From assembly GCF_000011805.1 (NCBI RefSeq), contig NC_006841.2: DNA of 32,000 nt; one strand, written 5' to 3'. Below the pieces are notes generated by a model. That model made no database searches, had not been told where the DNA came from, and saw nothing but the letters and a program-made list of their open reading frames with translations. Positions within the stretch are counted from its first letter, which is position 1. Every line of letters begins with the position of its first letter. Positions 27,563 to 32,000 of this stretch are shown in pieces. The position numbers and the translations under genes were made by a program. The DNA is from Aliivibrio fischeri ES114 (GTDB taxonomy: Bacteria > Pseudomonadota > Gammaproteobacteria > Enterobacterales > Vibrionaceae).

Positions 27563-27714
27563 TGTAATAAACAAAGTAAAGAATGAAGTGGACAAATCAG
27601 AAGTGGTTTTATAAAAATGACAGATACGAAAAAACACGCAATAAAGCGTTTAATTTTAAATAATCATTGGGAATTTGAAACTAGAACAATCTCTAAGAAG
27701 GGGAAGCAAGAGAT

Positions 27715-27789
<75 letters not shown>

Positions 27790-27928
27790 ACATCGTTGGA
27801 ACGAGATAGATAATGCCATACTGAGCGCTGAGGTAAAGTACTTTTTTACACTTAACTAATTGATTGCATGATATTTAAGCATAATATGCAAATTTTAATC
27901 TCTTCACACCATACGATAGGTATAAATA

Positions 27929-27983
27929 GTAAGCACCGTCAGCCTATTTGTTGCTAGTTTATCTGAACGATGCTTACTTTTTT
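27929..27983. terminator. Long imperfect hairpin with a T6 tract, between the minus-strand unknown-function operon and the tRNA promoter region
   Basis: GTAAGCACCGTCAG (27929-27942) pairs with CTGAACGATGCTTAC (27963-27977), giving 13 bp with one mismatch and one bulge. A TTTTTT tract follows on the plus strand and a weaker ATTTATA on the minus strand. It may act as an insulator or bidirectional terminator. Confidence 0.35.
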
Positions 27984-28045
27984 ACATTACAAAAATTGCT
28001 TAGACTTTAATTCAATGGCGGTCGGTTGTTTCTCTATCCATTTTT

Positions 28046-28537
28046 TTATTCGCAGTATGCGTATTGGTAATCACGAAAGAATAACTCTTTTACTATCTCC
28101 ATTGACATTGTTTTGCTAATTGCCAAGCGACTTAAAATAGTTAACGGCGGAAAACACAATGAATACCGATCATCATCTAAATGGTTGACCACACTTTTAT
28201 GCTGAAGGTATTCAAAATCACCACTTTCAGCAATCGCTTGTACGCCAGTATCAAGTGCATGGATCAGTCCATGTTTATCTGTTCCCCAAATGCCATTGGT
28301 TTCTCGCTCTTCTATTCGTTCACTTAACTCTTTTATATTGGCAATTAAGGGAGTAAAAGGAACGGGACGAATGTTATCTACACCATTATTCTTTCTATCA
28401 CTTCCAAGGGTTACAATTTTGGGGTTTGAGTGCCAGTTTTCAAATAAAGTTTTTCTTGTTGTTTCATTATATTACCCATAAAACTGCGTAGAAAATAAAT
28501 AAATCCCTTCAGCTAACACTGCTTTATTACTCATCAT
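28046..28537 (-). pseudogene. 164-codon ORF interrupted by a single in-frame TAA at codon 22 (nt 28474-28472); unknown function; translationally coupled to the upstream lipoprotein gene
   Basis: Hand translation: MMSNKAVLAEGIYLFSTQFYG*YNETTRKTLFENWHSNPKIVTLGSDRKNNGVDNIRPVPFTPLIANIKELSERIEERETNGIWGTDKHGLIHALDTGVQAIAESGDFEYLQHKSVVNHLDDDRYSLCFPPLTILSRLAISKTMSMEIVKELFFRDYQYAYCE*. The ATG (28537-28535) overlaps the TGA of the upstream gene (ATGA) and is preceded by AAGGAGGA. The 141 codons after the stop are open but contain no ATG, GTG or TTG start near their beginning. Confidence 0.5.
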
Positions 28538-29736
28538 TTATCCTCCTTAACAAATGCACCATTATTTGCAAAACCGTTGTATAACCAAGACAGTGTTGCG
28601 GAATGGCCTGAGCAGATTTGTCCCCAATGCAGAGTTTGAGAAAATAATTTTTTATCTTTTGTTAATTTATACTGTCTTGCACTGCCAGCAGAAGCTGAGC
28701 GAACATATTCGGCATTAAATCCTAATACATCAAAAAATCGGTATTGGCTTTTTTTCTTTCGGTCTTTTTTTTCTAATTTAACTTCTTTTGTTTCTGTATT
28801 AATAAAATAACGATATTGTGCCGACTCACCCCACGCATACTTTCCATCAGGGCTGATTGACCTGCTTTTCAAAAAATATTTTCTATCATACGAAAGTGAA
28901 ATGTTCTTAACAGCGAGTTTATCCTCTTCAGCTGTAGATAAACCTATTGAATAAAGTCGTTTGTTATTACTCTCGTTAAAAACAACAATCCCATAATCAG
29001 AGACCACATACCGCTTACCGCCGTATATCACCCCAACTTCTGAGAAATAAAAATCATCGTCCATTTGAGTGGTTTTGCCTGTAGCAAGTTCGTATTTCCA
29101 ATATATGGCTCTGTCTTCAAAATACAGATAGCTACTATCTTCCGCCCAGAGAAATTGAGAATGACCTAAATCTGTACCAAGTAATGTGGATTTCTGAGTT
29201 TGCACATCGAATACTACTTTATCAGTGCCACCGCTTGTTCTTGATGCATATGAATAAGCTAAATAACGGTTGTTGGGGGAACGGCGCATAATACGTACAT
29301 CACCACTAAAATCATCCGTCACTAATCGCAAATCGGTACCATCTGTTTTTATACTCCATACTTTATCGTAAGATTCGTAAATGGCTTTTTCACTAGCAGA
29401 AGCACTCACAAAATCCCCGTTATTCCACCTGAAATCCACTCTCGGTAAGTCGTAAGAATCCGCATTTGATAAATCTTCTCTTGGCCACTCTTTGGCGCTG
29501 TTCACCACAAAGCAGGGCTTCATTATTCCCGGTATCGTGCCATTGGCTTCTTTCATTAAAATGTAGTTATCTTTAGTGACATAAACACGGTTATCATCCC
29601 ACTCTTGCTCGTTAAGCAATTCGACATCAGTTTTTGGTGGTTCAACTACCGCATTTGGTGTTGAGGATTCGTCTTGGTTGCATCCGTATAGGAGTATCAC
29701 AGTGCATGCAATAAGGAATGTTTTATTTAAAGCCAT
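28534..29736 (-). CDS. Lipoprotein of unknown function, beta-propeller-like (TolB/PD40-type hints); paralog A
   Basis: Signal peptide with lipobox (ILLYG-C at Cys19). SPNNRYLAYS and SISPDGKYAWGE resemble PD40/TolB-type blade motifs. High protein identity, estimated by eye at roughly 75-80%, to the adjacent upstream gene. Confidence 0.8.
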   Translation of the reverse strand: MALNKTFLIACTVILLYGCNQDESSTPNAVVEPPKTDVELLNEQEWDDNRVYVTKDNYILMKEANGTIPGIMKPCFVVNSAKEWPREDLSNADSYDLPRVDFRWNNGDFVSASASEKAIYESYDKVWSIKTDGTDLRLVTDDFSGDVRIMRRSPNNRYLAYSYASRTSGGTDKVVFDVQTQKSTLLGTDLGHSQFLWAEDSSYLYFEDRAIYWKYELATGKTTQMDDDFYFSEVGVIYGGKRYVVSDYGIVVFNESNNKRLYSIGLSTAEEDKLAVKNISLSYDRKYFLKSRSISPDGKYAWGESAQYRYFINTETKEVKLEKKDRKKKSQYRFFDVLGFNAEYVRSASAGSARQYKLTKDKKLFSQTLHWGQICSGHSATLSWLYNGFANNGAFVKEDK

Positions 29737-30962
29737 TATTTACCCTCCTTGATAAATGCACCATTATTTGCAAAACCATTGTATAACCACGACAGTGTTG
29801 CTGAATGGCCTGAGCAGATTTGCCCCCAATGCTGAGTTTGAGAAAATAACTTTTTATCTTTTGTTAATTTATATTGCCTTGCACTGCCAGCAGAAGCTGA
29901 GCGAACATAATCGGCGTTAAGTCCTAATACATCAAAAAATCGGTATTGGCTTTTTTTCTTTCGGTCTTTTTTTTCTAATTTAACTTCTTTTGTTTCTGTA
30001 TTAATAAAATAACGATATTGTGCTGACTCACCCCACGCATACTTTCCATCAGGGCTGATTGAGCGACTTTTTAATTCATATTGTAATGAATGCTCTCTAG
30101 TGATAACTAAATAACCTTGTTCTTTTTTCTGCTCTTGTAATTCTTTTGGGTAGATGCTTACACCATACAAACGCTTATCACTCTTCTCATCATAGACACC
30201 AACACCAAAATCAGAGACCACATACCTCTTCCCACCGTATATCACCCCCACTTCTGAAAAATGGAAGTCATCGTTCATTTGGGTAGTTTTTCCTGTGGTA
30301 ATTTCGTATTTCCAATATTTGGCTCTGTCTTCAAAATACAAATAACTGCTGTCTTCCGCCCAGAGGAACTGAGAATGGCCCCTATCAGCACCCAAAACTA
30401 TCGACTCTTGGGTTTCTAAATCAAAAATAACTTTTTCAACGTTATTACTCCAAGCTAAGTAGCGATTATTAGGTGACCGACGCATCATTTTAACCGTTAC
30501 CGCTCTGTTATGTGCCCTTGGCGGAACAACATCTAAAAAATCAGTCACTAATCGTAAATCGGTGCCATCTGTTTTTATGCTCCAAATTTTGTCTCTCGCT
30601 TCATAAATCGCTTTCTCATCTGATGAGGCATTAGTAAATTCACCATTGTCCCATCTAAAATCCACTCTCGGTAAGTCGTATGAATCCGTATTTGATAAAT
30701 CTTCTCTTGGCCACTCTTTGGCGCTGTTCACCACAAAGCAGGGCTTCATTATTCCCGGTATAGTGCCATTGGCTTCTTTCATTAAGATGTAGTTATCTTT
30801 AGTGACATAAACTCGGTTATCATCCCACTCTTGCTTGTTAAGCAATTCGACGTCAGTTTTGGGTGGTTCAACTGCTGTACTTAACGTTGAGGGTTCGTCT
30901 TGGTTGCATCCGTTTAGGAAAATAAGCGCAGCTAATGCTGTCCATAGGTATTTTGAATTCAT
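29736..30962 (-). CDS. Lipoprotein of unknown function, beta-propeller-like; paralog B
   Basis: Signal peptide with lipobox (IFLNG-C). Its stop overlaps the start of paralog A (TAATG), with AAGGAGGG inside its last codons serving as the Shine-Dalgarno sequence for paralog A. Confidence 0.8.
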   Translation of the reverse strand: MNSKYLWTALAALIFLNGCNQDEPSTLSTAVEPPKTDVELLNKQEWDDNRVYVTKDNYILMKEANGTIPGIMKPCFVVNSAKEWPREDLSNTDSYDLPRVDFRWDNGEFTNASSDEKAIYEARDKIWSIKTDGTDLRLVTDFLDVVPPRAHNRAVTVKMMRRSPNNRYLAWSNNVEKVIFDLETQESIVLGADRGHSQFLWAEDSSYLYFEDRAKYWKYEITTGKTTQMNDDFHFSEVGVIYGGKRYVVSDFGVGVYDEKSDKRLYGVSIYPKELQEQKKEQGYLVITREHSLQYELKSRSISPDGKYAWGESAQYRYFINTETKEVKLEKKDRKKKSQYRFFDVLGLNADYVRSASAGSARQYKLTKDKKLFSQTQHWGQICSGHSATLSWLYNGFANNGAFIKEGK

Positions 30963-31052
30963 GGTATCCCTACACTAATTCACTGATTGCAATGTCTTGG
31001 TATAGAATGCTGGATTTATTAACCCAGCTCATTTAACAATAAGAACCAGTTT

Positions 31053-32000
31053 TTATTCAGGCGCAGATCGAGTTTCAGTTTTATCTTTTATCCAACCTTT
31101 CAACCATTTTTTCTGTTCTTCTTTACCTTTTTTCTGCAAAGATTCCCATTTTGTTTGAGCCGATATATTGACCTTAGCTAATTTATTTCCTACTTGAATC
31201 CAAGGTAAATTCCCCTCATAAAAACTCTTACTTTCTGGCAATGTTATCGCTAATGGAGGACCTGATAAATATTTGCTTTCAACCTTATCAATACCTTCTT
31301 GATATAAGCCAAAAAGACGTAATTCAGAAGAATAAATTTCATCAGTGTCGTCATCGAGTATTGGTCCAAACGGTCTTAGTCCTTTTACCTTTTTACCAGT
31401 TGGGGATATATAGTCTAAATCGAATTTCATGATATAAACTTTTCTAGTTCGTGTCCCTACATGCAGCATTGATTGTGGCGCACCTTTGACTCTTTCAAGC
31501 ACTTGAGAAGCAAAATTTACAAAGGATTGCTTCTCTTCAGTTTGAGCATCAAATTCAACGTAATTAGCGTCTATATTTTTATAGGTATTGCCTTTCGAAT
31601 ATTTCTCTATATTTTCAAGATCATAATTAATGTCCATTACATGAAAAACAGAACTAAAGTAACTTGGCCCTTTTCCCTTTGAATTCGCTTTTATAAGCAC
31701 AGAATCTTGCTCTTCAATACTTAACTTTAGCTGCATAGCGATTTTATCAAGATTGAAACCAATACTCTTATAATCTTCACGATTATCTTTATCTGCTAAT
31801 AAGGCCACATAAATCGATGCTGATTGTTCTTTACCCCAATTAAATTGTTGCGAATTTATTGGTTTTTGCTTATCAAACCACTCAAATTTATTTCCTATAT
31901 TTAGTGCAGCAAGCGGGGTGACATGCCCTTCTATATATGGCTTTTTACCAGCACCTTTACTACTTTCATTCGCTTTAACAAAGCTTTCAACGAGCAAATC
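31053..32000 (-). CDS. Hypothetical protein, C-terminal 315 aa; N-terminus lies outside the window
   Basis: The frame is open to the window edge, so the Met at the start of the ORF-track entry is a TTG artefact. It is co-oriented with, and 90 nt upstream of, the lipoprotein pair. It has a Lys-rich C-terminal tail and no motif I recognise. Confidence 0.7.
   Translation of the reverse strand, partial: DLLVESFVKANESSKGAGKKPYIEGHVTPLAALNIGNKFEWFDKQKPINSQQFNWGKEQSASIYVALLADKDNREDYKSIGFNLDKIAMQLKLSIEEQDSVLIKANSKGKGPSYFSSVFHVMDINYDLENIEKYSKGNTYKNIDANYVEFDAQTEEKQSFVNFASQVLERVKGAPQSMLHVGTRTRKVYIMKFDLDYISPTGKKVKGLRPFGPILDDDTDEIYSSELRLFGLYQEGIDKVESKYLSGPPLAITLPESKSFYEGNLPWIQVGNKLAKVNISAQTKWESLQKKGKEEQKKWLKGWIKDKTETRSAPE

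Noticed and set aside
28290-28481. 63-aa plus-strand ORF from the ORF track
   Set aside because: It is antisense to the much longer, translationally coupled minus-strand frame (28046-28537). It has no Shine-Dalgarno sequence and an implausible sequence.

Overview
Low-GC gammaproteobacterial segment. Gene content and composition suggest Vibrionaceae, plausibly Aliivibrio or Photobacterium, but this is inference only. In order, the window holds: (1) the 3' two-thirds of gcvP. (2) A 7.9-kb insertion bounded by a perfect 55-bp direct repeat. It carries only a 2,147-aa protein (nuclease-like N-domain, STAND-type P-loop NTPase, HEAT-like repeats, unrecognised C-terminal module) and an overlapping 235-aa helical partner, with no recombinase. 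This is the best candidate for a novel anti-phage-type system. (3) A PTS-EIIC-like::EAL c-di-GMP phosphodiesterase fusion. (4) A DMT transporter and an AraC regulator. (5) A fructose-family PTS/mannose cluster: EIIABC, manA, an orphan EIIB, HPr-like(His->Pro)::EIIA, and an EIIA-C-B permease. The two permease genes share a 40-bp promoter-region element. (6) A (GGGTCTA)x16 G-quadruplex-capable microsatellite starting 2 nt after the manA stop. (7) A PlpD-like patatin/Omp85 protein. (8) A 1,119-aa multi-CBM GH19 chitinase. (9) tRNA-Gly(UCC). (10) A minus-strand operon of unknown function: a partial ORF, two mosaic tandem lipoprotein paralogs, and a translationally coupled 164-codon ORF broken by one in-frame TAA. 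The supplied ORF track misses that last ORF. No rRNA, CRISPR array, IS element or integrase was seen.
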